Source of the DNA: Narcine bancroftii
Lineage: Eukaryota
Reading direction: 5' to 3'
Assembly (NCBI RefSeq): GCF_036971445.1
Contig: NC_091475.1
Coordinates: 198,465,569 to 198,526,000, forward strand
DNA length: 60,432 nt
Shown: positions 59,901 through 60,432 of the stretch, in pieces
How positions within the stretch are numbered: position 1 is the stretch's first letter
How the letters are laid out: every line of letters begins with the position of its first letter
Position numbers and translations under genes: made by a program
The notes under the pieces: model-generated
Told to the model about the DNA's origin: nothing
The model's input: the letters and a program-made list of their open reading frames with translations, nothing else
The model's database searches: none

Positions 59901-60432
59901 GTTTGCTGAAAGTCTCCTAGCCAGACTGCCATCAGCCATTTGCTGAAAGTCTTTATAGAGGTGTTGTTGGCTGCTTGTGGGGTCTTGTGCAGGTCTCGAG
60001 TGCTGTTGGTGTGATTACGCTGATCTTTACTCCTGTGTTGACGAGAAACTGTGGGCCGAGGATTTGTCTGTAACGTGGAGAAGCCTGTCCATGTGGCCAG
60101 CCACCAAAGCCATCAGCGGCATCTGGCCTGGGCGTTTCCCGGAAATGCGCAAGGCTGCCGACATTTACGAGCGTCCGCCCCCCCACCTCTGGTAGTAGAA
60201 ACACCATTTTGTGTCCGCTTCCTCATGTGGTCTGCAGGGACATTGTTGGTCATAAGGCAGGGGGTGGATTTGCTTTGTGGCTCTGTTTGTGAGCGGGTCA
60301 ACTGGCTGATGGTGCACTCGGTCTCTTGCTCGGTCTGCCAATGTATGTCTGCTTTGGCAGTGACATTTCTGGGTCGGCCAGCAGCAGCTAGATGTCGTTG
60401 GGCAGCTGTTCTAAAAACATAAGGCATGGTCT
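56932..60432 (-). mobile_element. Decayed Ty3/Gypsy LTR retrotransposon (3' LTR about 56932-57214; element runs off the window)
   Basis: Minus-strand order is protease (FLVNTGVKISV), RT (FSKVDLVRGFCQIPV..KTAIITP..FGLKNVAQTFQRLMD), RNase H (TVDAS, DRELLALYLAVRNFRYFLEGRPF) and integrase (HVDIVGPL, YHPQSN, GPY-like RPYEGLYKV). A G-rich PPT precedes a TG..CA LTR with AATAAA at 56996-57001. Confidence 0.9.

Overview
This is eukaryotic (vertebrate) genomic DNA. The V-SINE, CR1, Rex1 and Penelope repeat content suggests a cartilaginous fish, probably a ray; this is inference. The only host coding gene I can support is RP2 (XRP2, the ARL3 GAP): coding exons 2-5 lie on the + strand at 9797-16643 with canonical splice sites, and exon 1 is upstream of the window. 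A CpG island at about 33.0-34.2 kb, flanked by three tandem arrays, contains a strong 5' splice donor. It is probably the first exon of the next gene (JADE3 by vertebrate synteny, not demonstrable here). The rest is introns and intergenic DNA packed with transposable elements: RTE, CR1, Rex1/Babar and L1 LINEs, Penelope remnants, V-SINEs, MITEs, a Gypsy element and a class III ERV. The most notable structures are: (1) a complete 2.46-kb TSD-flanked, polyadenylated L1 derivative with an intact 407-aa ORF1 but an ORF2 reduced to fused N- and C-terminal stubs (HAL1-like); (2) an ERV-L-like provirus with paired LTRs and a 5-bp TSD nested in the 5' UTR of a full-length RTE; (3) an RTE insertion with a twin-priming-type 5' inversion; (4) a perfect 34 x 20-bp array and a GC-rich 120-bp array at the putative promoter. 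There are no CRISPR arrays or prokaryotic systems. Boundaries of decayed repeats are approximate.
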